Part shown: piece after piece, positions 51,781 to 60,903 of the stretch
How the letters are laid out: the number at the start of each line of letters is the position of its first letter
How positions within the stretch are numbered: the stretch's first letter is position 1
Assembly (NCBI GenBank): GCA_965238275.1
Contig: OZ250186.1
Span: forward strand, 2,080,001-2,144,000
Length of the DNA stretch: 64,000 nt
Origin: Nitrosopumilus sp.
GTDB lineage: Archaea; Thermoproteota; Nitrososphaeria; Nitrososphaerales; Nitrosopumilaceae
Reading direction: 5' to 3'
The notes under the pieces: model-generated
Databases searched by the model: none
What the model saw: only the letters and a program-made list of their open reading frames with translations
What the model was told of the DNA's origin: nothing
Made by a program: the position numbers and the translations under genes

Positions 51781-52796
51781 GGCCGCAGCCTCGTCATCTT
51801 TGCGTGTTCGCGCTGCCGGTTGAACGTGGTATCGTCATCCCGAATCTTGTGGCCCGTGTATGATATGAAGACATCATCAAGGGTGGGCCGGGTAAGCGTA
51901 ATGGATGTAATTTTGATGCCGTGCTCAGAGGCGATTTGAAATATCCTTGGAATTATCTTGGAGCCGTCGGATGTAAAGAGCGTGATTCGTGAATCTTTCC
52001 GGGTAACCTTGGTCAGCAGATCCGTCTTTTCCAGACCGGATATGAGTTCCTGGTGCCCCCCTGAGACGACGATGGACACTATCTCGCTTCCCATTGCATT
52101 CTTCATGTTCTCAGGCTTGTCAATCACCTGGATCTTTCCGCCGTCGATTATCCCAATCCGGTCACACAGCTTATCTGCCTCCTCCATATAGTGGGTGGTG
52201 AGAAATATGGTCATATCGTACTCGTCATGAATCTTTTTTATGTACTCCCAGATCTTCCTGCGGGTCTGGATGTCCAGTCCCACGGTGGGCTCGTCAAGGA
52301 ACAGTACCTTTGGCATGTGCAGCAGGCCGCCGGCAATATCCAGCCGCTTTCGCATCCCGCCAGAGTACGTGGTTACGGCGTCATCCTGCCTGCCTGCAAG
52401 TTCTATGAGATCCAGGACCTGATCAATTCTTGCATTGACCTTGTCCTTGGGGATGTGGTTGAGTCTTGCATGGAGCAGCAGGTTCTCCCGCCCCGTCAGG
52501 TATTCGTCTGCAGTGGTCTCCTGCTGCACGTATCCTATGCTGTACCTGACCTGTTTTGGATTCTTTGTCACATCAAACCCGCAGATGAGGGCCTGTCCTG
52601 ACGTAGGTTTTAGCAGGGTGGTCAGAATCATCATGGTGGTGCTCTTTCCGGCACCGTTGGGGCCCAGAAATCCGAAGATCTCCCCGGTGTTCACTGAAAA
52701 GGAGATGTCATCGACTGCCACAACATCTCCAAACGATTTGGTAAGGGAGCGCGTCTCAATGGAGGGTACGCCTGGTGCATCCTTGGGTGTCGTCAT
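51777..52796 (-). CDS. ABC-2 (DrrA-like) exporter ATPase
   Basis: GPNGAGKST, YSGGMRKRL, LDEPTVGLD, TTHYMEEA, PTLDDVF. Confidence 0.93.
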   Translation of the reverse strand: MTTPKDAPGVPSIETRSLTKSFGDVVAVDDISFSVNTGEIFGFLGPNGAGKSTTMMILTTLLKPTSGQALICGFDVTKNPKQVRYSIGYVQQETTADEYLTGRENLLLHARLNHIPKDKVNARIDQVLDLIELAGRQDDAVTTYSGGMRKRLDIAGGLLHMPKVLFLDEPTVGLDIQTRRKIWEYIKKIHDEYDMTIFLTTHYMEEADKLCDRIGIIDGGKIQVIDKPENMKNAMGSEIVSIVVSGGHQELISGLEKTDLLTKVTRKDSRITLFTSDGSKIIPRIFQIASEHGIKITSITLTRPTLDDVFISYTGHKIRDDDTTFNRQREHAKMTRLRP

Positions 52797-52973
52797 TCAC
52801 ACCATATGGCATCCAGAGTATCTTATACTCTACGCAGGAATCGCTGCATGTTTCCGGATCCGGGATGTGTTTGGGTATGAGTGTGAACGGTTTGGCAAGT
52901 AATCGTGCCGGGTTTTGGGCGGAACCAGACGATGTCTTCAAAAAAATTTAAAGGGTGACTGACAGGGAATTTT

Positions 52974-53084
52974 GTGAAAGGACTTTGTCAGAAGTGTCAT
53001 AGGTCAAATCTGGAGACAACCATCAACGGGGGGGTTCCCACGTGTGCGGCATGCCTCAAAAGCGGTAAAGAGCCGGCAGGATGA
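52974..53084 (+). CDS. Small CxxC-CxxC zinc-finger protein (36 aa; below the ORF-track cutoff)
   Basis: GTG start, MKGLCQKCHRSNLETTINGGVPTCAACLKSGKEPAG; TTTAAA about 25 nt upstream. Confidence 0.6.
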   Translation: MKGLCQKCHRSNLETTINGGVPTCAACLKSGKEPAG

Positions 53085-53187
53085 TGGGCGCTGCCGTCAG
53101 CGCACAGCCGCCATCAGGTTTGGATCCAAATACGGCATGGGATAACCACACGTGCATGAATCATGATGAGAGGGCTGATGGATGCAG

Positions 53188-53640
53188 TCAGTTCGTCTTC
53201 CTAAAGTGATCCCGGGTCATATTCAGGATGACCTTCTCGCCTATGCCCCAGATCTCGGATTTGGAGAGGATTTTTGAGTGGGCCAGGCCGTATGAGACCT
53301 CGATGGATTCCAGTTCGTTGCTTTCAGGATTCCTGTGCAGGCTTTTTACCTTGCCAATCTTGCGGCGGTCTATGTCAATTACGGGAATTCCGATGCGGAC
53401 GGGGGGCCTGCTCAGAAACAGCGTCTTGTCAGAAAACTTGTCGATATAGTCGGCTGCAAGAAAATAGTCCTTGTGAAATCCCTGATGAATTGTCACGCCT
53501 GAAACTACTAGGGTGTCCGGATTGATGTGAATGTGTTTGACCTTTCCGTATTCTATTCCCTCCCGGTCCATGACCTTCCTGCCGGTAAAGGCGTCTGCGG
53601 TGACCAGATTCTCAGACATTCCGTACATTTTTGCAGCCAT
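53188..53640 (-). CDS. Tandem PRC-barrel protein
   Basis: GRKVMDREGIEYGKV and GIPVIDIDRRKIGKV. Confidence 0.85.
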   Translation of the reverse strand: MAAKMYGMSENLVTADAFTGRKVMDREGIEYGKVKHIHINPDTLVVSGVTIHQGFHKDYFLAADYIDKFSDKTLFLSRPPVRIGIPVIDIDRRKIGKVKSLHRNPESNELESIEVSYGLAHSKILSKSEIWGIGEKVILNMTRDHFRKTN

Positions 53641-53728
53641 GGTTCAATATCTGCAGGTTTCGCTTATCACTTCAGATATCAGAAATTCCTATCAATGAGG
53701 TTAAATTACTTGACACAAAAGGCCACTC

Positions 53729-54043
53729 ATGCAGGATGTGTTCGCGGCAGTACTGGCCACAACCGGAAGAAGGACCGGAAGAGAACACCGGGTGATGCTC
53801 CGCGCGGTGGGGTACAACGGAAAAATATACCTTTCCAGGCACAGGCCCGATGGTGATTGGTTCTTGAACGCGCTGGCAAATCCAGAGGTAAGGATACAGC
53901 ACGGGCAGCAGACGTTTTTGGGAAACGCAAGACGTGTCACGGACGAAGAATTGGCAAAAAAGATCTCCGAGTTAAAGTACCATGGTGAAGAGAGGGCAAA
54001 GGAGAAGAGGGCCGTAATCGAGATAACGCTTGCAAATAACTAG
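53729..54043 (+). CDS. Deazaflavin(F420)-dependent nitroreductase/DUF385-like protein
   Basis: LATTGRRTGREH, DWFLNALANPEV. Confidence 0.75.
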   Translation: MQDVFAAVLATTGRRTGREHRVMLRAVGYNGKIYLSRHRPDGDWFLNALANPEVRIQHGQQTFLGNARRVTDEELAKKISELKYHGEERAKEKRAVIEITLANN

Positions 54044-55089
54044 GATCTTTTCAGGTATTTGGCAAGATAAAATATGGTCAGTCCGCCCAGAACGGCAGTA
54101 ACGGCGACTAGCGGAAGGAACAGTTCGGGGAAAGGACTTGACGGGAACAACGCAGCAGACGACGACGCAGTATCGCTCAAGGTTTCGATGGCATCCAGGC
54201 CAGCAGAGAGACCATCCTGCGTTTCAAGAGAAGATGACAACTCCGCGTACTCTGGCGGCACGGGCTCTGACGGTGCAGCGGACTCGAGCGCATGGGATGG
54301 ATCACTGTCAAGGTCTGCCGACTCCATCTCAACGGCAGCAGGGTCGTCAGCAGCCATGGAGTCTGTTTCGGATGTCCCTGCTGTTATCGCCTGCTCTTGT
54401 GGTGCATCCTCCATTTTCGCCATGGATTGATCCTGTACTTGTGGCGCATCATCTTGCGGCATTGATTCTTCGGGAGGCATGTCCTGCTGCCGGGGTTCTT
54501 TCTGCGATGCATCCTGCTGTTGTGTGGCTGGTTGCGTTGCCTGCAGGGTGTCTTCCCCTCCTCCTCCTTCCCCAGCGATCCCCTCTTGTTCCACGTCGGG
54601 TACAGGAGAGACGGTAGAGGCAAAGTCCTGCGTGAGCCGACTGCCTTGTTGTAGCTGCAACGCAGAGAACATGCCGGATATTCCGGTCGCAACTCCCAAC
54701 CCTGCAACCTTGTAAATGTGCCGAAATGAGTGGATGAGCAGCCTGCTGCTCTTTGTCTTTTCAGAGAGTTTTGGCGGGACAACCACTACGCTGAAGCTCT
54801 TGGCAGTGTAATGCTTCATGTCATGTGATTTTGAGTTCTTGCTGGTTTTGGATATTTGAACTACTCCCAGTTCCTGCAGTTTTTGAAGGTGGTACTTGAC
54901 TAGTTGGAGGGAGATGTCTGTCCTCTGGGATATCCGGGCTGCAGTCATTTCCTCGTTGAACAGCAGTTGAAGAATCTTGCGGGCCGAGTCGTTGGCAAAC
55001 AGCTGTCCAAACGATTTTAACCGCTCATCATCTGTGGCAAGAATCTTTATGCTCTCAGCAAGATCATCTTGTTCTTCATCAATCGGCAT
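54040..55089 (-). CDS. Membrane-anchored ArsR-type winged-helix regulator with acidic linker
   Basis: SARKILQLL..LVKYHLQKL; hydrophobic segment after the HTH; C-terminal TM followed by KYLKRS. Confidence 0.75.
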   Translation of the reverse strand: MPIDEEQDDLAESIKILATDDERLKSFGQLFANDSARKILQLLFNEEMTAARISQRTDISLQLVKYHLQKLQELGVVQISKTSKNSKSHDMKHYTAKSFSVVVVPPKLSEKTKSSRLLIHSFRHIYKVAGLGVATGISGMFSALQLQQGSRLTQDFASTVSPVPDVEQEGIAGEGGGGEDTLQATQPATQQQDASQKEPRQQDMPPEESMPQDDAPQVQDQSMAKMEDAPQEQAITAGTSETDSMAADDPAAVEMESADLDSDPSHALESAAPSEPVPPEYAELSSSLETQDGLSAGLDAIETLSDTASSSAALFPSSPFPELFLPLVAVTAVLGGLTIFYLAKYLKRS

Positions 55090-55227
55090 TAAACATACTT
55101 GCCGAACCGAAATATCTAAGTTGTTTGGTAAAGGCTGAATTTCACTAATCCTTTTATCCAAAAGTGTCGGAGAAATACCATCACATCGAACCAAACCGGC
55201 TCGGATGTGGTAAAAGGAAAAGAGAAA

Positions 55228-57595
55228 ATGAACACAAAAAAAACAATTGCAATGGTCGCGCTAGTGATTGGCGCAGGAGGAATCATGTACTTGGTGGGGC
55301 TTGGGATGCAGATAGGGAACGACAGGGGGACAGACGTTATTCAGGTAACCGACATAGTCTACGTCGAGGATTCTGCCAGGCTGTTTAGCGGAGGAAACAG
55401 CGTCATAAAGATTACATCCCAAGAGGCACTAGTCGAGATTCTTCATGCATCGCAGATGCTCGAAGACCGCTTTTGCCAGGCTGTTTAGCGGAGGAAACAG
55501 CGTCATAAAGATTACATCCCAAGAGGCACAGGGCTTTTACAGGGATTTGGGGTCTCAGAGATTCGCAGAGTTTGAACCAGTGATTGTGATGGAATCCGCC
55601 GACATGATGGTGGCAGACCAAGACGCGTCATTCCAATCGACGTCCGCGCCGTCGTCTGCAGTAAAGGCGCAGGTCGCCCAGGATTACTCCACAACCAACG
55701 TGCAGGTAAAGGGAGTCGATGAGCCGGATTATCTTAAAACCGACGGAAAGTACGTCTACATCGTAGCAGACAACACGCTTTCGATAATTGACGCATACCC
55801 GGCACAGGACGCAAGGCTGGTCCTAAAGACTGCCATCGACGTGGACTCGAGTTACATTGAGGACATGTTCCTGAATGGGGACAGGCTGGTAATATTTTAC
55901 AACGGAGAGAGTTTTGAAGAGACAATTCCAGAGTTTGGCTTTGCCCCGCAGTCAACTTACGTCCCGGCTACCCACGCGCTGGTTGTTGATATTGCAGACA
56001 GGGGAAATCCAACCATCCTCAAGGACTACTCGATAGGAGGACATTTCACTGATGCCAGAATGATAGGCAACCACGCATACTTTGTGACAAACAGCCATGT
56101 GGACTACCAAAATCCCAGGCTACCAACAATCCACGAGGGTTCCAGGCATGTCATGACCCCTGACGCGTTCTATTTTGACAACCCCGAGAGGCTCTCAAAC
56201 TTTAACACGCTTACTGCGATCGATGTCTTTGGAGACGACATCAGCTCAAAGTCATACCTGATGGGATACTCTGGGACGCACTATGTGTCTGAGGACAACT
56301 TTTACCTGACATACCAGCAGAGCAACAACCTGCCCGAACTGTTTGAGGACGCCCAGGAAGACGGGTTCTATGATGTAGTCGTGCCGCTGCTCCCCGACAG
56401 TACACTCCAAGAAGAGATAATGGCCGTACGCGATGACGCCTCGCTGAGCCCGCCTGAACGGTGGGCCAAGATATCAGGCATGCTGCAGGAGTTCTATGAT
56501 GGCATCGACAAGAACAACAGACGGGAACTGTTCCAAAACATAGAGAGGGCGCTCATCGAATACGACCTGGCGGTGCTCGAAGACGGCGGATCGGCGACCC
56601 AGAAGGTGGTGATCCACAAGATTGCAATCAACGGGACAGACATAGAGCATACTGCAAGTGGCTCTGTGCCGGGCAGGCTCCTCAACCAGTTTTCAATGGA
56701 CGAGCACGGGGACAGGTTCAGGATAGCGACCACGACTGACCGTTACACCCAGCACTCCGGAACCCTCCGGGAAAACGCAGTCTATATCCTGGATGAGGAG
56801 CTGAGCATTGTGGGAGGGCTGGACAATATCGCCCCAGACGAGAGCATATTCTCTGCAAGATTCATCGATGACAGGCTGTACCTGGTCACCTTCCAGCAGA
56901 TCGATCCGTTCTTTGTGATCGACCTCTCAGAGGACACGCCAAAGATACTCGGAGAGTTGAAGATTCCGGGATTCTCAAACTATCTGCATCCGTATGACGA
57001 TGAGCACGTCATCGGGATAGGCAGGGATACGAAAACAAACCAGTGGGGAGGCGCCACCACACTTGGCGTAAAGATAGCGCTGTTCAACGTGGCAGACGTG
57101 AGCAACCCCAAGGTCGCAGACGAGGTGGTGATAGGGGACAGGGGGACCCAGTCAGAGGCACTGCACAACCACAAGGCATTCTTCCTTGGAAGGGGAGCAG
57201 CAGACGGGGAAGGCAGGATCCTGTCAGTTCCGATCACCGGCAACATAAAGAACCTAGACGGGCCGGCGGCTCAAAAGAAGATAAGCGGGATACAGGACAA
57301 CGACGAGATAAGCTGGAGTGGATTCTACGTGTTTGATCTGGACCCGGCTAACGGATTCGATCTAAAGGGGACCATAAAGCATTGGGAGGGCGTCAGGTAT
57401 AGTCCAGGATACCTCGGGCTAGACTACCATGCCAGAACGTTCTACATCGAAGACGTGTTGTATACGGCATCGGAGAGGTTCCTGAAGATGAACTCGCTTG
57501 ACACCCTTGGTGGGGAAAACTCCATCATGCTCAAGAACACTGGAGGATTCATAGGGTTCCTCGACGATCGTTCCAGAATCGTCCCAGAAGGCTAA
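55228..57595 (+). pseudogene. Secreted beta-propeller domain protein, frameshifted by an internal 56-bp duplication
   Basis: YSTTNVQVKGVDEPDYLKTDG, LLNQFSMDE, QIDPFFVIDL, GELKIPGFSNYLHPY; signal anchor lies in another frame (55228-55488). Confidence 0.8.
55374..55529 (+). repeat. 56-bp perfect direct repeat with 100-bp period
   Basis: TGCCAGGCTGTTTAGCGG...CCCAAGAGGCAC at 55374-55429 and 55474-55529. Confidence 0.95.
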
Positions 57596-58240
57596 ACTAT
57601 GTGGACGATAGTCGTCAATCCCCGCCTGTCAAACTCGTTTCCGGCTTTGTCAACCTCGCAGACGGTGACGGTAAACGAGATCACGTCGCGCCGTTTTGCG
57701 TCTTGGGCGTCAAGGTGCAGGGTTACGTCCATCAGATCAAACTCGCCTGCAGGCAGCGCTGCCTCGTCCAGGAACGCCCCGCACGTAGACTCTATTCTGA
57801 ACCGGTTGTTCTTGAAATGAAACCCCAGCTTTGTCTTTCTTTTGTTCCTTCCGCTTGCCTTTACGTTGAGATCGATTATCCCGGGCTTTGATTCGGTATA
57901 GCCTGATTGCTTGTTGACAAAGACGCCAAACTCAAAGGGTTTCCCGGCAGTCGACTCGGCCATCTTTTGGATACCGTCGTTCATTACAACGTCGACTGCC
58001 TTGATCGACTGCGCCACCTTGGCAATCCACTGGTTGGTCCGGGGGATTATTGTCTTGATTCCTGTTCGCCTGCGTTTGTCTTCGTCTGCGGGAAGTTTGT
58101 AATAGTCAACCCATGCCTCATAGTCGTGTGAGATGTCCTCGATAAAGTCGATGCACGTGCGCCGGTACTCGTCTACGTTGTCGGTTCTCTCGGATGCATC
58201 GTCTGTCCTCATTCCGTCGTAGCCCATCGGCATTGCCATG
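57592..58240 (-). CDS. Hypothetical protein
   Basis: Long ORF with protein-like composition; start uncertain. Confidence 0.65.
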
Positions 58241-58405
58241 CAGTGGATGCATTGTGGTTCTAAAAAAACCAATCTTAGTTATTTCCCGGATATGCCCCGC
58301 ATTCAGGGCAACAGGCATTTTTTGTACCGGGGGAGACTCGGACCGACATTAATGATTATATCTGGAATCCTGCCACCAGACGTTGTGATATTTTCAGAGA
58401 TAGTT

Positions 58406-58861
58406 TTGGCCCTGCAGGACGACCTGAAGAGGAATATGGCGCAGATACGGTTTCTCCTAAACAAGAATCCCGGGATGGGCTACACCAGAATAGTCGAGAT
58501 TGGCAGGGAGGTGGGCAAGAGATACGGCATAAAGCTGATCGTAAACTTTCCAAAGGAGGGAAGGATTGAGGAGTTTGAGATGTATGGAAGAAGGGATCTG
58601 AGCCTGATAGTGGACTATGAAAAGAAACGGTTCCCCGTGGACAGGGAGGTAATCAAGAAAAAGGCGACAGAGACGCTTGGCAACGTGAGGACGCAGGATG
58701 CATACATGTATGAGAACAAGGAGGGCGTCAGGGTATACACGGATGACTGGAAGATCGACATCCTGCCCCATTCGTTGCACATCTGGACCGAGTTTGACGA
58801 CGGTGTCACTGCGTTTTGTGACTGGTTGATGGAGGAGGTGTACCAGGTTAGGAGGAGATAG
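58406..58861 (+). CDS. Hypothetical protein
   Basis: LIVNFPKEG..DAYMYENKEGVRV..KIDILPHSLHIWTEF; start uncertain (58352 or 58406). Confidence 0.7.
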   Translation: MALQDDLKRNMAQIRFLLNKNPGMGYTRIVEIGREVGKRYGIKLIVNFPKEGRIEEFEMYGRRDLSLIVDYEKKRFPVDREVIKKKATETLGNVRTQDAYMYENKEGVRVYTDDWKIDILPHSLHIWTEFDDGVTAFCDWLMEEVYQVRRR

Positions 58862-58866
58862 TAGCC

Positions 58867-59226
58867 CTACAGGTCCTCAAGGGTCTCTAGCAGATCCCTG
58901 GCCTCGGAATTTTTTGGCTGCAGTTCCACTACGCGTCTGCAGCACCTGAGGGCCTCGTCCTTCTGATTCAGGGCCAGATGAACGTTGGTCTTGAGGCTAA
59001 GTGTCTCCACATCATCAGGGCTTATCCCTACGGCCTTTTCAAAGTAGGGCAACGCCCTGTCTGGATCATCGACTATAAAGTATATGCTTCCCATGATGAA
59101 CATGAAATCGTGATCGTCTGAGAATCCAGACTCGATGCTCCTTCCAAACTCAATTGCCTGGATGTACTCGCCGTCCTTGATCAGTTTTCGCAGCTTGCGT
59201 TTCGGATACCTAAAGAGGGTTACCAT
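58867..59226 (-). CDS. TPR-repeat protein
   Basis: ALPYFEKAVGISPDD, EALRCCRRVVELQPKN. Confidence 0.85.
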   Translation of the reverse strand: MVTLFRYPKRKLRKLIKDGEYIQAIEFGRSIESGFSDDHDFMFIMGSIYFIVDDPDRALPYFEKAVGISPDDVETLSLKTNVHLALNQKDEALRCCRRVVELQPKNSEARDLLETLEDL

Positions 59227-59389
59227 ACAGCATCATGGATCGGTCTGGGATTTTAACTAATGGTGTCATGACGGGACGGTTATGATTCCCTCTACAACCA
59301 GGTACTGGATTACCTCTATGAAGGTGGCGTCATCTATTACATCGTCTGCCCACAGTCCTGCATTGCGCTTTACCCAGGACGGAATCTCA

Positions 59390-60835
59390 CTATAGCGGCG
59401 AGCGAAAGTTCGTGCAAACAGATCTCTCTGTAGCATGTCCTGATGCTCTTTCCGGCGCTCTGTCAGACCTTCCAATATTGTCGTCGTTGCCGGATCCAAG
59501 CCGACCTGTCGAATTGTTCATTCCAGAACCATCCGATCCGTGATCCTCGCGCCTTGTGACGACCTCGACACCTGCAATGGTGCCTCCACGATTCCCGTGG
59601 GCTTGGCCGCCAGTCTCCTCCGTATGGAGACAGTCATTATCCAAAATGTTTTTTGCCGCGTTCTTGTCGGCATGGTGGCACCATCCGCATGAGACGCAGA
59701 CAAATGATTCGCCGTTCCTGGATTTCTTGTCCACTACCCCGCAGGCAGCGCACCTCTGGCTTGTATGTGCGGATTCCACGCGTCTTGAAATTCCGCCTTT
59801 CTTTTTCATCTGCCATTCAAGCTGGATCCTGAACTCGCCCATTCTGGAATAGGCCATCTCGCGGTTCAACCCCGTCTTTGAAGCCGCCCCGCAGGATCGC
59901 CTCATCTTGGTCAAATCCAGGTCTTCCAGGAACAATACGGACAGTCCTTTTGTTATCCGCCTGGCAATGTCGGCCTCGTTGTGTTTTTGCCTGTTTGATA
60001 TCTTTTTCAATTCATGCGTTACCTTGCGGCCGATCTCTTTCCATCTTCTGGAGCCTGCCTGGCATCTTGATCTAAGTGATTTCAGCTGATCAATCCTGTC
60101 GCCGTCATGCCTCTTGCAGCCTCCGGGGACATTGTGCAGTTTTTCGTTCCCATGCTCGTCTGCGACTGCCGCAAGGTGCCTGACTCCAAGATCCAGCCCT
60201 GCCTTGCATCCGCCGCCGCCACCGCCTGTCGCGGGTTCGGGGTCTGGGACTTCTATCTGCAAATGCAGTTTGAATTCGCGATCACCATCCTTGGTCTTAC
60301 GCGTGACCTTGCCCGTGGTGTCAATCATCTGGAATGACACGAGCCTGCCTTCTGGAACCTTCGTGCGTGGCCTTGCTTCCCCGAGTCCGGGCAGAAACAC
60401 GGCTCCACTGTCTCGCAGTTTTGGCTTTGCGCGTGAATTCAGCGAGCGCAGCCTGGTTGTTTTCCTGCCGCGCCTCATCAGGCTGGACGGCTCGGTCCAC
60501 CGATTGTGCCTGTACGTCTTCTTTTTCCCCAGCTTGATCTGCTTCTTGCGCCAGATGCGCTTGTTGTGCTTGAGCCGGTTTGCCTTGCGGAATTTGACTG
60601 CCGCCTGGAAAGCCTGTTTTGAGGCGGCCTCGTGCATGCGGACGCTGCTGGCCAGGTTGAATTCCCTGCGCCATCCTGTTATCAGGTTGTTGATGTCAAA
60701 CTGTGTGATCCCCGGGTGTGCAAGTTTCATCATGATTGTCATGTCGTAAACGATGTCTGTTTCCCGGGAGCATTTCACGATCTTGCGTGACAGTTCCCGG
60801 GATTGTGTTATCTTGATGATTTTGCTGACAATCAT
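59390..60835 (-). CDS. tnpB: TnpB RNA-guided endonuclease
   Basis: RuvC-I GLDLG, RuvC-II LEDL, Zn finger TSQRCAACG..CVSCG, RuvC-III ADKNAAKNI. Confidence 0.92.
   Translation of the reverse strand: MIVSKIIKITQSRELSRKIVKCSRETDIVYDMTIMMKLAHPGITQFDINNLITGWRREFNLASSVRMHEAASKQAFQAAVKFRKANRLKHNKRIWRKKQIKLGKKKTYRHNRWTEPSSLMRRGRKTTRLRSLNSRAKPKLRDSGAVFLPGLGEARPRTKVPEGRLVSFQMIDTTGKVTRKTKDGDREFKLHLQIEVPDPEPATGGGGGGCKAGLDLGVRHLAAVADEHGNEKLHNVPGGCKRHDGDRIDQLKSLRSRCQAGSRRWKEIGRKVTHELKKISNRQKHNEADIARRITKGLSVLFLEDLDLTKMRRSCGAASKTGLNREMAYSRMGEFRIQLEWQMKKKGGISRRVESAHTSQRCAACGVVDKKSRNGESFVCVSCGWCHHADKNAAKNILDNDCLHTEETGGQAHGNRGGTIAGVEVVTRREDHGSDGSGMNNSTGRLGSGNDDNIGRSDRAPERASGHATERSVCTNFRSPL
59393..59640 (-). ncRNA. 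Putative TnpB omega-RNA scaffold overlapping the tnpB 3' end
   Basis: Lies between RuvC-III and the element end; hairpins CCACG/CGTGG (59586-59600), AGCAT/ATGCT (59432-59447), ACAGA-GAGA-TCTGT (59418-59431); boundaries inferred. Confidence 0.5.
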
Positions 60836-60903
60836 ACCTGTAGTTGGGATTTATTTTCTTAAAAAGGATCTCAAAAAATTGCACGAACTTTCGCTTTTCA
60901 CTA
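59393..60903 (-). mobile_element. Non-autonomous TIR element (IS630/mariner-like ends, TA TSD) carrying tnpB
   Basis: TAG-N5-AGCGAAAGTTCGTGCAA at both ends in inverted orientation (17-bp core perfect); TA at 59391-59392 and 60904-60905; excision restores the host frame. Confidence 0.85.
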
